Assembly (NCBI GenBank): GCA_963720755.1
Contig: CAVRGP010000001.1
Span: 32,001 to 96,000 of the forward strand
DNA: 64,000 nt
Direction of reading: 5' to 3'
From: an uncultured Chloroflexia bacterium
Lineage (GTDB): Bacteria; Chloroflexota; Limnocylindria; Limnocylindrales; CSP1-4
Shown here: positions 47,696 through 60,026 of the stretch, piece after piece
Layout of the letters: every line of letters starts with the position of its first letter
Position numbering within the stretch: the first letter of the stretch is position 1
Notes under the pieces: generated by a model
The model's database searches: none
Told to the model about the DNA's origin: nothing
Seen by the model: the letters and a program-made list of their open reading frames with translations, nothing else
Made by a program: the position numbers and the translations under genes

Positions 47696-48820
47696 TCACG
47701 GGTGGGTTCGGCGGCCGGCCTCCGTGGCCGCGGCGATGAGTCCGGCGAGGCCCGCCTCGAGGTCATCCGGTGATGGCCAGCCGTAGCCGAGCCGGAAGTG
47801 CCGGCGGGGCTGATCGAACCAATGACCTGGCCCGACGACCGTGCCGTACCGCTCGAGCAGGATCCGATAGAACGCATCGATGTCGACGTCGACCTCGGGT
47901 CGGAATCGCGGGAACCCGACCACGCCACCTCCCGGCTCCACCCATTCGAACGTGTCCTGGGCCGCCATCCAGGCTCGGACCGCGGCGAGGGCCAGGGCGA
48001 TCGCCGGCCGGATCACGGCCAGCCGTTCCGGCCGCCGTGCCATCGCCACTTCGGCGATCGCCTCGTCGACCACGGAGTTCGTGATCAGGATCTGCTCCTT
48101 GGCCGCGAGAAAGCGCTCGAACAAGGCCCGGTCGCGGGTGATCAGCCAACCGATCCGGATCCCCGGCAGGCCGTCCGACTTGGACAGCGAGGAGACGCTG
48201 ATGGCACGCTCCGACCGGCTCGCCGCGACCGGCGACGGGCCACCGAAGGTCATCTCCCGGTAGGTCTCATCGATGAGCAGTCGCGCGGTCGGGTGGCCCT
48301 CGACGAGCGCGAGGACCGCCCGGATCGTGTCCTCCGGCAGCACCTGTCCGGTCGGGTTGTGCGGGTTCGTCAGCGACACGAGCTTCGTTCGCGGCGTCAT
48401 CAGCGCCGCGATCCTGGCCGGGTCCACGGCCCAGCCCTCCTCGTGGCGCAGGTCGAGGTAGCTGATGTCGGCCCCGATGGCGCGGGGCGTTTCCAGGTTC
48501 GTCGCGTAGTTCGGCCGGGCGACGATCATGTGGTCGCCCGGGCCGAGGAGACCGGTCGCGACGATGAACAGCGCGGCAGCGGCGCCCGGCGTCACGAGCA
48601 CGTCATCGACGGACAGGCCCGCACCGCCGGCGGCGATAGCCGCTCGCAGTCCCGGTCGTCCGAGGTGGTCGCCGTACATCAGGACGAGGTCGTCCAACTC
48701 CACGCCCAGATCGCGCAGGGGCGTGTCGGCGACGGAACTTTCAGCGAGGTTGTGGCGGATCCGGTCGTAGCCGAACTGTTCGGGCGACTCGACTTCGATC
48801 GGCATGCGACGGTAATCCAC
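47696..48820 (-). CDS. PLP-dependent aminotransferase class I/II
   Basis: NPHNPTG, DETY, SLSKSDGLPGIRIGW. Confidence 0.92.
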   Translation of the reverse strand: MDYRRMPIEVESPEQFGYDRIRHNLAESSVADTPLRDLGVELDDLVLMYGDHLGRPGLRAAIAAGGAGLSVDDVLVTPGAAAALFIVATGLLGPGDHMIVARPNYATNLETPRAIGADISYLDLRHEEGWAVDPARIAALMTPRTKLVSLTNPHNPTGQVLPEDTIRAVLALVEGHPTARLLIDETYREMTFGGPSPVAASRSERAISVSSLSKSDGLPGIRIGWLITRDRALFERFLAAKEQILITNSVVDEAIAEVAMARRPERLAVIRPAIALALAAVRAWMAAQDTFEWVEPGGGVVGFPRFRPEVDVDIDAFYRILLERYGTVVGPGHWFDQPRRHFRLGYGWPSPDDLEAGLAGLIAAATEAGRRTHP

Positions 48821-48931
48821 GACCTGAGGATACGGGGACGGGAGTCGCATCGAAGGGTCGGCCGCAGCGACGGCAGCCGGACGGGACCGCCCTGTCGTGC
48901 AGTATTCCACGGTGCCATGTACTATCCTTGC

Positions 48932-49375
48932 GTGCCTGAACTAGCTGACCCGAACGATGCGCTGACCGCCGCGTCGCTGGATCTCCTGCGCGTCTTCCGG
49001 GACATCCCGCGCCCCGTGCCGCCCCGGCCGGCCGCCGACCTGACCCTCGGCCAGATCCGGCTGCTCTTCCTCCTCCGCCGGGAAGGCCCCCAGCCGATGG
49101 GTCGGATCGCCGAGGTGTTCAGCCTCAGCTCCACGGCCGTGACCGGTTTCGTCGCCCGGATCGAGCGACACGACCTGGTCGAGCGGCGCCACCGATCCGA
49201 TGACCGTCGGATCGTCGAATGCCGGCTGACCGATGCCGGGGAACAATTCCTCGACGCGCTGTCCGGTGTCCGGCTGGACGCCGTCAAACGGGCGCTCGGC
49301 GTCCTCAGCCCGCACGAGCTGTCCGGCTTCCATCGGCTGGTCCGCCACATCCACGATCAGCAGGCGCGGCCATGA
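48932..49375 (+). CDS. MarR-family regulator
   Basis: DLTLGQ, MGRIAE, LVER...DDRRIV...LTDAG. Confidence 0.88.
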   Translation: MPELADPNDALTAASLDLLRVFRDIPRPVPPRPAADLTLGQIRLLFLLRREGPQPMGRIAEVFSLSSTAVTGFVARIERHDLVERRHRSDDRRIVECRLTDAGEQFLDALSGVRLDAVKRALGVLSPHELSGFHRLVRHIHDQQARP

Positions 49376-51098
49376 TCCGCCTGCTCGCCGCGTATCTGCG
49401 ACCGTACCGTCGGGCGCTCACCCTCGTGGTCGCTCTCCTGTTCGTCCAGGCCATCGCGACCCTGTACCTGCCCGAGCTGAACGCCGACATCATCAACAAC
49501 GGCATCGCCAAGGGCGATACCGGCTACATCCTCTCGACCGGTGCCTTGATGCTCGGGATCTCGCTGATCGTGGTCGTCGCCTCGATCATCGCCGTGTACT
49601 GGGGCTCGAAGACGGGGATGGCCTTCGGGCGAGACGTCCGGAGCGCGATCTTCCGGAAGGTGGAGAGCTTCTCGCGGGCCGAACTCGATACGTTCGGGAC
49701 GCCATCGCTGATCACCCGCAACACCAACGATGTCCAGCAGGTCCAGATGATCGTCCTGATGGGCCTCAACATGATGATCATCGCCCCGATCCTCGCCATC
49801 GGCGGGGTGATCATGGCCCTCCGCCAGGACATCCCCCTGTCGGGCATCCTGATCGTGATCCTCCCGATCATGGCCTTGATCATCACCCTGATGATGCGGC
49901 GGGCGATCCCACTGTTCCAGGCGATGCAGGTCAAGATCGATCGGATCAATCAGGTGACCCGCGAAGCCCTCAGCGGCATCCGGGTGATCAGGGCGTTCGT
50001 TCGGACTCACCACGAGGAGGAGCGCTTCGAGGTCGCCAACCAGGACCTCACCTCGACCTCGCTCCGGGTCAACCGGCTGTTCGCGCTGATGATCCCGTTG
50101 TTGATGCTGATCTTCAACCTGTCGACCGTCGCGATCCTGTGGTTCGGCAGCCTCCGCGTCGACAGCGGCGAGATGCCGATCGGGAACCTCATCGCCTTCC
50201 TGCAGTACGTCATGCAGATCCTGATGGCGGTGATGATGGCCGTGTTCATGTTCACGATGGTGCCGCGGGCCATCGTCTCCGCGAACCGGATCCAGGAAGT
50301 CCTGCGGACCAGGCCGACGATCGGCGACCCCGACGTGCCCGCGGAACCGGGGCCCGGCGCTGGGTCGCTTGCCTTCCAGGATGTCGAATTCCGGTACCCG
50401 GGCGCGCAGGACCCGGTCCTCAGCGATATCTCGCTGGTGGTCGAGGCGGGCAGGACGACGGCCATCGTCGGCAGTACCGGCAGCGGCAAGTCGACCCTCG
50501 TCAACCTGATCCCACGGTTCTACGACGTGACCGGCGGCCAGCTCGACATCGACGGGGTGGACGTGCAGTCCATCACCCGCGACGACCTGTGGGGCCGGAT
50601 CGGGCTCGTCCCGCAGAAGGCGTTCCTGTTCAGCGGGACGATCGCCAGCAACCTTCGCTTCGGCAAGGCGGATGCGACCGACGACGAACTGTGGGCCGCG
50701 TTGCGGATCGCCCAGGCCGAGTCGTTCGTCCGGGATCTCGCGGACGGTCTCGATGCGCCGGTCGAGCAGGGCGGCACCAACCTGTCCGGTGGGCAGCGTC
50801 AGCGGCTGGCGATCGCGCGCGCCCTGGTGAAGCGTCCGGAGATCTACATCTTCGATGACAGCTTCTCCGCGCTGGACTTCAAGACGGACGCGCTGCTCCG
50901 TGCGGCGCTGGAGGCGGAGATCCAGGATGCCACCGTGATCATCGTCGCCCAGCGGGTGGGGACGATCATGGGCGCCGACCGCATCGTCGTCCTCGACAAG
51001 GGCTCCATCGCGGGCATGGGCACGCACCAGGAACTGATGGTGAGCTGCGAGACGTACCGTGAGATCGTGTTCTCGCAGCTCAGCGCCGAGGAAGCGGC

Positions 51099-51102
<4 letters not shown>
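49372..51102 (+). CDS. Heterodimeric ABC exporter, subunit 1
   Basis: TMD plus GSTGSGKS, LSGGQRQR and degenerate Walker B IFDDS. Confidence 0.94.
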
Positions 51103-53045
<1,943 letters not shown>

Positions 53046-53049
53046 TCGG

Positions 53050-53877
53050 TCAGGCCGGCCAGTACTGCTCGCTTCGGATGGCGTCGTCGGCCAGACCGTG
53101 GCCGGCCAGCACCGAACTCGCAGCGCCGATCATCGCGGGGTTGCCGCACAGGTAGGCGACGGTCCGATCCGGATCAAGGTCGTGCGTGGCGCAGACCGAC
53201 GGGAGGATGGCATCGACCCGACCGACCGGGCCTCGCCAGCCCGTGTTCCCGGGAGCATCGGGCCGCGAGATCGCCGGGATGTAGGTCACGGATCCACCCG
53301 CCTGCCACCGCTCGAAGCGCTCTCGATAGGCCAGCTCCGGAGCATGGGCGACGCCATGGATCACGACCACCCGCGGTGGCGCCGATCCACCCAGGAGCGT
53401 CGCGGTCATCGCCACGAACGGCGCCAATCCGGTCCCGGTCGCGATGAACAGATGGGTCCGGAGGTCATCCGGGATCCGGCGGAACAACCCCTTGGGTGGA
53501 CCGAGGTGCAATCGATCCCCCACCCCGACCTTCCAGAGGCGCGGCGTGAACGCTCCGTGCGGCACGAGCCGGATGAGGAACTCGAGCTCATCCCGCGGCC
53601 CGGCGGGTGACGCCGTCGAGTACGGGCGCTGCAGGATCCGGCCGTCGACCGGCAAGCCCAGGGTCAGGTACTGGCCAGGCTCGACGTGGGACGTCGGGAC
53701 ATCGGGACGGATCGTGAACCGGGCGATCGACGGGGTCAGGTCGTGGCGCTCGATGACCGTCGCGTTGTCGACGGCCGCCACCCGGGAGCGTGCCGTGACC
53801 CCGGGCGGTGGCAGGCTTTGGAGAGACGGGCGCGGGCGCTCCGGGAGCGGCCGGCGAAGATCCAGGTCGGCAGTCAT
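53050..53877 (-). CDS. Ferredoxin-NAD(P)+ reductase-like protein
   Basis: RPYS, GAFT, ATGTGLAP, YLCGNPAM, EQYW. Confidence 0.9.
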   Translation of the reverse strand: MTADLDLRRPLPERPRPSLQSLPPPGVTARSRVAAVDNATVIERHDLTPSIARFTIRPDVPTSHVEPGQYLTLGLPVDGRILQRPYSTASPAGPRDELEFLIRLVPHGAFTPRLWKVGVGDRLHLGPPKGLFRRIPDDLRTHLFIATGTGLAPFVAMTATLLGGSAPPRVVVIHGVAHAPELAYRERFERWQAGGSVTYIPAISRPDAPGNTGWRGPVGRVDAILPSVCATHDLDPDRTVAYLCGNPAMIGAASSVLAGHGLADDAIRSEQYWPA

Positions 53878-53878
53878 A

Positions 53879-54169
53879 TCAGGCGGCCGATTCGAGCTCG
53901 ACCACGACCGCCCGGGCGGCATCGGGGTCGCGGTACCAGGCCGCATCGATCCAGGCGAAGTCGACCCAGGCCGGTGGCAGCTGGTCGGCCCGGAAGATCG
54001 CCCCGTTCGGGCAGGCGGATTCGCACGAGCCGCAATCGATGCAGGCGTCCGGGTCGATGTAGAACTTCCGGTCGACGGTGAGGTCGGCAGTGATGCAGTC
54101 GACCGGGCAGACAGCCACGCAGGACTGGTCGGCGTGGTCGATACAGGGTTGCGCGATGACGTAGGACAT
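53879..54169 (-). CDS. Ferredoxin (7Fe/8Fe type)
   Basis: C..CVAVCPVDCI and CIDCGSCESACP. Confidence 0.93.
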   Translation of the reverse strand: MSYVIAQPCIDHADQSCVAVCPVDCITADLTVDRKFYIDPDACIDCGSCESACPNGAIFRADQLPPAWVDFAWIDAAWYRDPDAARAVVVELESAA

Positions 54170-54286
54170 GGCGTCCGCTCCAGCTACTTCGGTTTGATCC
54201 GAACCTCACTGTCGCGCGACGCGATGAGTCGTGAATGTGCCCTGGATGTGAAATCACCCATCTCCCGGACGGGCGATCGTCCGCGG

Positions 54287-55597
54287 TCAGGCGGCCGGCG
54301 GACCGTGGGCGGCCGGCAACTCCACGGTGAACATCGCCCCACCACCCGGTGCGTCATCGACGCGGACCGTCCCGCCATGGGCGATCGCGATCCGCCGACC
54401 GATGGCCAGGCCGAGACCGGTCCCGCCGGCGCGATCGCGGCGGACCCCCGGCAATCGGGTGAATGGGTCGAAGACGCGCTCGCGCTCCGCGGCCGGGATG
54501 CCCGGGCCCTGGTCACTGACGGACAGTTCGACGTGCTTCGCCTGGCGCCGAACAGCGACCGTCACGACACCGCCTCGAGGCGAATGGTCGAACGCATTGT
54601 CAAGCAGGATGAGGAGGAGCTGGACGAGCCGGTCGCGATCGCCGTTGACGAGCGACGAGGCTGGCGGAACTGGATCGACGATGAGCTCCACGCCACGCGA
54701 CGCCGCCAGGGCGGCAGCCTGCCTGACCGTGTCGGCGGCCATCGAGGCGACCTCCATCGGATGGGCATCCAGGACGATGCCCGTGGCATCGGCCGCCGCG
54801 AGCTGGAGCAGGTCGCCGACGAGGCGTCCGAGTCGGTCGGCCTCCGCGATGATGTCGGCCACGAGCGGTTCGCCATCGGCGGACACGAGCGCCTCACGCT
54901 CGACCACGTCGGCGTTGGCCCGGATGAGCGCGGCCGGCGTTCGAAGTTCGTGCGAGGCATCGGCGACGAACCGGCGCTGGGCGTCGAAGGACCGGCGGAT
55001 GGGCACGAGTGCGCGGCCCGTCACGATCACGGTGACCAGGGCCGCTCCGATGAGCCCGATCCCGCCCACGAGCAGGATGGCCGTGACGATGCTCTGCGAT
55101 TGCTCGTCGTGGAGGGTGAGGACCAGTCCGCCCTGGACATAGCCGACGAGCTGGCCGCCGGCCCCCGACGGCTCGACGGCAACGGTCAGCAGCCGGATCT
55201 CCTGCCCGCCGGCCTCGACGGTCCGCAGGTCGCGCCCGCTGACCGCCGCGGCATCGACGGCCGCCTGGTCCGGAAGGCCGGGCAAGGCGATCCGGGATGG
55301 ATTCGAGACGACCGTCCCGCTCGGATCGAGGACCAGCACGAAGGTGTCCGAATTCGACGGCACGACGTCCTCGGAATCACCGCTGTCAGACGTTTCCGGT
55401 AGACCATCGTGGAGCGCCTTGGCGGCCGCATCGACGCTCGTGGCCAGCGCCCGGTCCACATCGGCATCGAGCGCTTCCAGCGTGATCAAAGCGGTCGCGG
55501 CGCCGATGCCGATGACCAGCAGGGCGATGAGGCTGAGGGTGACGACCGAGAGCCGTCGCCGGGTGCGCCGAAGCAGGCGCGAGGTCGGGTCGGTCAC
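54287..55597 (-). CDS. Membrane sensor histidine kinase
   Basis: Two TMs; ASHELRTP, LLDNA, DQGPG, GTGLGL. Confidence 0.94.
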   Translation of the reverse strand: MTDPTSRLLRRTRRRLSVVTLSLIALLVIGIGAATALITLEALDADVDRALATSVDAAAKALHDGLPETSDSGDSEDVVPSNSDTFVLVLDPSGTVVSNPSRIALPGLPDQAAVDAAAVSGRDLRTVEAGGQEIRLLTVAVEPSGAGGQLVGYVQGGLVLTLHDEQSQSIVTAILLVGGIGLIGAALVTVIVTGRALVPIRRSFDAQRRFVADASHELRTPAALIRANADVVEREALVSADGEPLVADIIAEADRLGRLVGDLLQLAAADATGIVLDAHPMEVASMAADTVRQAAALAASRGVELIVDPVPPASSLVNGDRDRLVQLLLILLDNAFDHSPRGGVVTVAVRRQAKHVELSVSDQGPGIPAAERERVFDPFTRLPGVRRDRAGGTGLGLAIGRRIAIAHGGTVRVDDAPGGGAMFTVELPAAHGPPAA

Positions 55598-56268
55598 GAT
55601 GCCCCACGAAGGGTGTAGCCGACACCTCGCACGGTGCGCAGGCGATCCGCTCGATCGAGCTCGCCGAGCTTGCGGCGGAGATAGTGGATGTACAGATCGA
55701 CCACGTTGGAATAGACGTCGGGTTCGGCGCCCCAGACGGCGTCCAGGATCTGATGACGGGTCACCACCTGACCGGCATGGCGGATGAGGAACCCGAGCAG
55801 CGCGTACTCGCGCGCGGACAGGTCCACGACCCGATCGCCGACCTGGACCGCATGCCTGAGTTCATCGAGTTCGAGATCACCGGCCACGAGACGCGATTCG
55901 GTGGCGACCGCCGGGCGCCGGCCGAGGGCACGGATCCGAGCAACCAGCTCTGCGAATGAGAACGGTTTCGGCAGGTAGTCGTCGGCGCCGGCGTCGAGCC
56001 CGGCGATCCGCTCCTCGACCGAACCGAGGGCCGTCAGCAGAAGGACGGGCGTCGCGATCGCCTTGGCCCGGAGCATTCGAAGGACGGTCAGACCGTCGAT
56101 GTCGGGCAGCATCCGGTCGAGGACGATCGCGTCGTAGGTACCCAGTTCGGCCAGCCCGAGGGCGGTCACACCATCGGCGGCGAGGTCGACGGTATGCCGC
56201 TCGGCGACCAGCACTCGCCGAATCAGGCCAGCCATCTTCGGTTCATCTTCGACCACGAGGATCCGCAT
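55594..56268 (-). CDS. OmpR-family response regulator
   Basis: MRILVVEDE, LDRMLP, KPF, TVRGVGY. Confidence 0.95.
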   Translation of the reverse strand: MRILVVEDEPKMAGLIRRVLVAERHTVDLAADGVTALGLAELGTYDAIVLDRMLPDIDGLTVLRMLRAKAIATPVLLLTALGSVEERIAGLDAGADDYLPKPFSFAELVARIRALGRRPAVATESRLVAGDLELDELRHAVQVGDRVVDLSAREYALLGFLIRHAGQVVTRHQILDAVWGAEPDVYSNVVDLYIHYLRRKLGELDRADRLRTVRGVGYTLRGAS

Positions 56269-56410
56269 CGCCAGAGTCTGGAGGCAGATGCCGCCCGAAG
56301 TCGAGAGCCCAACGGCATATCTTTGAAGGTTCTCATCTCGGGCACACAGGCATCCAAGGGGCCGCGCCGACTCTGGGGCAAGACAGAACCCCGAATCGGA
56401 GGACCCAAAG

Positions 56411-56680
56411 ATGTCGAACAAGATCGCCCTCACCGTCGCATCGGTGGCGGCAACTGCCACCCTCACCATCGCGCTGGCTGCCGCCGGTTTCGCGCCAGCG
56501 TCTCCGGCCCCGGTCGGCGCGGCCGTACCAGCCACGGCCGACCCGACCGCCGAACCGACCGTGCAGGTCGATACCGTGTACGTCGCCGCGCCGCCGAAGC
56601 AGCAGACCATCACCGTCCACAAGGTCGTCAAGTCGTCCGGTGAGTCCGAGAACGAACATGAATCGGGCGGGAACGACTGA
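56411..56680 (+). CDS. Small exported/membrane-anchored protein
   Basis: GGAGG RBS; hydrophobic N-terminus; acidic tail ESENEHESGGND. Confidence 0.7.
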   Translation: MSNKIALTVASVAATATLTIALAAAGFAPASPAPVGAAVPATADPTAEPTVQVDTVYVAAPPKQQTITVHKVVKSSGESENEHESGGND

Positions 56681-56681
56681 G

Positions 56682-57149
56682 ATGACTGAACCTCTGACCA
56701 GCGGCCGACCGCTGCCACCCCGACCATCGGGCGCGCTGCCGCCCCGACCATCTGGCGCGCTGCCGCCCCGACCATCGACGTCGCCTCAGGCGACGACGCA
56801 AACGACGGTCGGAACGGCGGACCCGGCGCCGTCCGGACGACCCCCGTTGGTCCGCAAGCAGCGGCCTGACGCCGGCCCGCTCCGGATCGTTCTTGGGCTG
56901 ACGGCCGTGGCCACCACCAGCGCCGTCATCACCGCCCTCCTGGCGCCCAGCGGCGGCACCGCCACGAACGGTTCGGCCACGATCCTGACGACCGCGGCAG
57001 ATCCGGCCCCGGCCGCGATCAAGCACGTGATCCGCTACGTCCAATTGGCCCCCGGCCAGACGGCGCCGCCACAGGCGGTCGTCAAGCAGCAACCCGCCCC
57101 AAAGCCCCGAGTCGTCGTCGTCACCACCAAGCAGTCGGGCAAGCCGTGA
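56682..57149 (+). CDS. Pro-rich single-pass membrane protein
   Basis: Coupled to both neighbours; one TM; ends VVVVTTKQSGKP. Confidence 0.65.
   Translation: MTEPLTSGRPLPPRPSGALPPRPSGALPPRPSTSPQATTQTTVGTADPAPSGRPPLVRKQRPDAGPLRIVLGLTAVATTSAVITALLAPSGGTATNGSATILTTAADPAPAAIKHVIRYVQLAPGQTAPPQAVVKQQPAPKPRVVVVTTKQSGKP
56711..56777 (+). repeat. 24-bp coding tandem repeat (~2.8 copies, LPPRPSGA)
   Basis: GCTGCCRCCCCGACCATCKGGCGC repeated. Confidence 0.85.
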
Positions 57150-58111
57150 CCAGCGCGACCCTGGACGAACCGATCACCAGCGTGTCGTGCACGGCCCCGC
57201 TCATGGGTGGGCAGGTGGGCATCCACCTCGACGCCTCCGAGCGGGCTGGCGCGGCCACCCGCGACGCCGATGCGGTTCTGCGACGGATCTCGGCGTGGGC
57301 CGATCGATTGACGCGGTTCTCCGAGACGTCCGAGCTGAGCCGTCTCAACAGGGATCCAGAGCCCGCCGTCGCCGTCGGTCCGACGATGGCGACGATCCTC
57401 GATTGGGGCCGTTCGGCCGAGGGGATGACCGGTGGCATCGTGGACATCGGGCTCCTCGATGCCCGACTCGAGGCTGAGTCTGCGACCGCCGCAGGCCGCC
57501 CGACGGCCGGAAGCGGCCCCAGGTCCTTCGCATCGCGGCACTGGTCACTCGAACGACAGGCGCGGGGAGCCATCGTCCATCGTCCGTCCGGCCTTCGTTT
57601 CGACCTGGATGGGATCGGCAAAGGATGGCTGGCCGACCGCGCCCTCGACCTGCTCCGCGGCTACGGGGCCGCGGTCGTCGACGCCGACGGAGACATCGCG
57701 ATCCGGCTCGACGAGGGACGGACGTGGTCGTTCGGCGTGGCGGATCCGACGACCGACGGACACGACCTGGCGATCCTGCACCTCCGTGCCCGGGTCGACC
57801 GACCGGGACGGGCCGGGCGGTTCGGCCTCGCGACCTCAGGGACGAGCGTCCACCGCTGGGGCGACGGTGAGCGCGCCACGCATCACCTCATCGATCCGCG
57901 CACCGGCTTCCCCGCGACGACCGACGTCGTGCAGGCGACCGTGCTGGCGGGCACCGCCCGACAGGCTGAGGCCCTGGCCAAGGCGGTCGTCATCCTCGGG
58001 TCGGAGGCCGGTCTGGATCTGCTCGATCGGGTCGGCGTCGACGGTGCGCTGTTGCTGACCGAGGAACCTTCCGTCCTCGTCCATCCCTCGACATTCCGGT
58101 GGTTGTCGTGA
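57146..58111 (+). CDS. apbE: FAD:protein FMN transferase (ApbE), copy 2
   Basis: LMGG, LTRFSETSELSRLN, DLDGIGKG, DGD, ATSG, HHLIDPRTG. Confidence 0.9.
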   Translation: MTSATLDEPITSVSCTAPLMGGQVGIHLDASERAGAATRDADAVLRRISAWADRLTRFSETSELSRLNRDPEPAVAVGPTMATILDWGRSAEGMTGGIVDIGLLDARLEAESATAAGRPTAGSGPRSFASRHWSLERQARGAIVHRPSGLRFDLDGIGKGWLADRALDLLRGYGAAVVDADGDIAIRLDEGRTWSFGVADPTTDGHDLAILHLRARVDRPGRAGRFGLATSGTSVHRWGDGERATHHLIDPRTGFPATTDVVQATVLAGTARQAEALAKAVVILGSEAGLDLLDRVGVDGALLLTEEPSVLVHPSTFRWLS

Positions 58112-58842
58112 AATTCCGTGGCCTCGATCCTCGAACCCGATGGCTCCGTTGGGGCCTTCCCGCGATCGCCATCGGGATCGTCCTTGGCGCGACCGGACCC
58201 CGCGCCCTCGACGCCCTGGCGGTGACCTGGGAGACGAACCGGTCCATGCTGCCGTGGGTGTTCGAGCGCCTCTTCGGCTTCGGTGCCTACCTGGCGATGA
58301 CCGGATCCGTGATCTACGGCCTCCTCCTGTCGACGAAGCTGCTCGATGCCATCGCCCATCGGCCGATCACCTTCTCGCTCCATCAGGACCTGGCCAGCAT
58401 CGGCCTGGGGATGGCGGCGATCCACGGCATGCTCCTGGGGCTCGACAAGTCGATGCCGTTCACGCTGGCCCAGATCGCGGTCCCCGGGATGGCACCGTAC
58501 GCCCCGATCTGGGTCGCCGTCGGGCAGATCGCCTTCTATCTGATGGCCCTCGTCGTCGGAAGCTTCTATGTCCGCAAGACGATCGGCCAGCGGGCGTGGC
58601 GGACCCTCCACTACGTGACGTTCCTCGCCTTCGTGGGCGCGACGGCCCACGGTGTGATGTCCGGGTCGGACAGTTCCAGCCTGTGGGCCTGGTGGATGTA
58701 CGTCAGCTCGGCTGTCGCGGTCGTCTTCCTGCTCGTCTACCGGATCGCGGTCTCGATCGGCGGATCCAGGTCGGCAGTCCCCGGCCGGACCGCCGACCCG
58801 ATCCAGCGTTCGATGGAGGGCGTCAGCGGGGCCGAGGCGTAG
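58108..58842 (+). CDS. Ferric reductase-like (MsrQ-like) heme membrane protein
   Basis: LHQ...IHG and WRTLHY...AHG..SGSD histidine pairs. Confidence 0.88.
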   Translation: MKFRGLDPRTRWLRWGLPAIAIGIVLGATGPRALDALAVTWETNRSMLPWVFERLFGFGAYLAMTGSVIYGLLLSTKLLDAIAHRPITFSLHQDLASIGLGMAAIHGMLLGLDKSMPFTLAQIAVPGMAPYAPIWVAVGQIAFYLMALVVGSFYVRKTIGQRAWRTLHYVTFLAFVGATAHGVMSGSDSSSLWAWWMYVSSAVAVVFLLVYRIAVSIGGSRSAVPGRTADPIQRSMEGVSGAEA

Positions 58843-58877
58843 GGCACCATCGGCCCGGCGTCGGCCTCCCCGCTCCC

Positions 58878-59423
58878 CTACCGATCGGGCTCGAGCTCGC
58901 GCCGCAGGCGGGCCCGGCCTCGCGAGATGCGACTGGCGATCGTGCCCTCGGGAACGGACAGCATCCGGGCGATCTCGCCATGCGTGTACCCGTCGACCGT
59001 GCTCAGGAGGAGCGCGGCGCGAGTCGGAGCGTCGAGCGCCGACAGCGCCGCCCACAGGTCAGGGTCGACCGGGTCGTGCCACGGGCGCGGCTCGATCCGC
59101 TTGATCGCCGCCAGCCAGCGCCGTCGACCGCGAAGGTGGTTGAACGCGAGTCGCAGACCGATCGTGTACAACCAGGCTCGGACATCGACGCCATCGAACC
59201 GATCCCACGAGCGGAAGGCCTTGAGGTAGGCGTCCTGTGCCACGTCCTCGGCGTCGCGCTCGTCGCCAAGCACGAGGACAAGCCGGCGGATCAGGTTCGC
59301 ATAGTGGGGTCCGACCGCGGCCTCGAAGGTGGCGTGATCGACCTCTGGCGATGCGCGTCGATCGGCGGGCACCGAGGGTCGGACCGAACCGGCGGTCGGC
59401 TCGATCGTTTCGGCGCCGGTCAC
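58878..59423 (-). CDS. ECF RNA polymerase sigma factor
   Basis: AEDVAQDAY, AWLYTI, EIARMLSVPEGTIASRISRGR. Confidence 0.92.
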   Translation of the reverse strand: MTGAETIEPTAGSVRPSVPADRRASPEVDHATFEAAVGPHYANLIRRLVLVLGDERDAEDVAQDAYLKAFRSWDRFDGVDVRAWLYTIGLRLAFNHLRGRRRWLAAIKRIEPRPWHDPVDPDLWAALSALDAPTRAALLLSTVDGYTHGEIARMLSVPEGTIASRISRGRARLRRELEPDR

Positions 59424-59926
59424 GGCATCGGGATCCCGACGCACGCGCCGACGCCGGTCGCGCCGACCCGCTGGTCGACCACCATGATGACCTGGCCATC
59501 ATCGAGGAGGGCGCCCGGGATCACGTAGCCGTGGGTCGGCGCGATCGACTGGTGGGTCGTCGATGACGTGCCCTTGCCGCCGTCGGCGCCGATGACCGCT
59601 CCCGATTCGACCTGCCAATCGACATCGGTGAACCCATGGCCGGCCAGGAATGCTGCGGCTTCCGGTGGCGTCATGCACTCCATCTCGGCGCCGGCCAGTG
59701 GCTGGCCCGGGTTCTCGATCCCGGGATGACTCTGCGCCAGCTGCGAAACGACGACCCCGGCCGCCGTCGTGGCGACGACGGCGAGGGCCAGCGCCGGAGC
59801 CAGGGCGATGGGGAGCGCAAACCGCCGTCGGTGGCGTCCCGGCAGTACGGGCGGCCCGCCCGACGCAGGCGCCCGGCCCTCGAGGGCGGCCAACCGCGCG
59901 CTGAGATCCTGGTCGAAGTCCTGCAT
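59420..59926 (-). CDS. Single-pass membrane protein, putative anti-sigma factor
   Basis: One TM, two Cys in the outer part; stop overlaps the sigma start (GTGA). Confidence 0.6.
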   Translation of the reverse strand: MQDFDQDLSARLAALEGRAPASGGPPVLPGRHRRRFALPIALAPALALAVVATTAAGVVVSQLAQSHPGIENPGQPLAGAEMECMTPPEAAAFLAGHGFTDVDWQVESGAVIGADGGKGTSSTTHQSIAPTHGYVIPGALLDDGQVIMVVDQRVGATGVGACVGIPMP

Positions 59927-60026
59927 CGCGTCACCTTCGCGCATCGGCGGGATCGATGTGTCCGCCATTCACCCGATACAACACCGCGGACCGCCGGATC
60001 CATGCGGCGTGTGGCACCATCGACCG

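Noticed and set aside
54226-54262. Possible Rex operator (TGTGAA half-site) upstream of the ferredoxin
   Set aside because: Second half-site absent.
56711-56777. 24-bp repeats as a mini-CRISPR or contingency locus
   Set aside because: No spacers; in-frame repeat encoding a Pro-rich linker.
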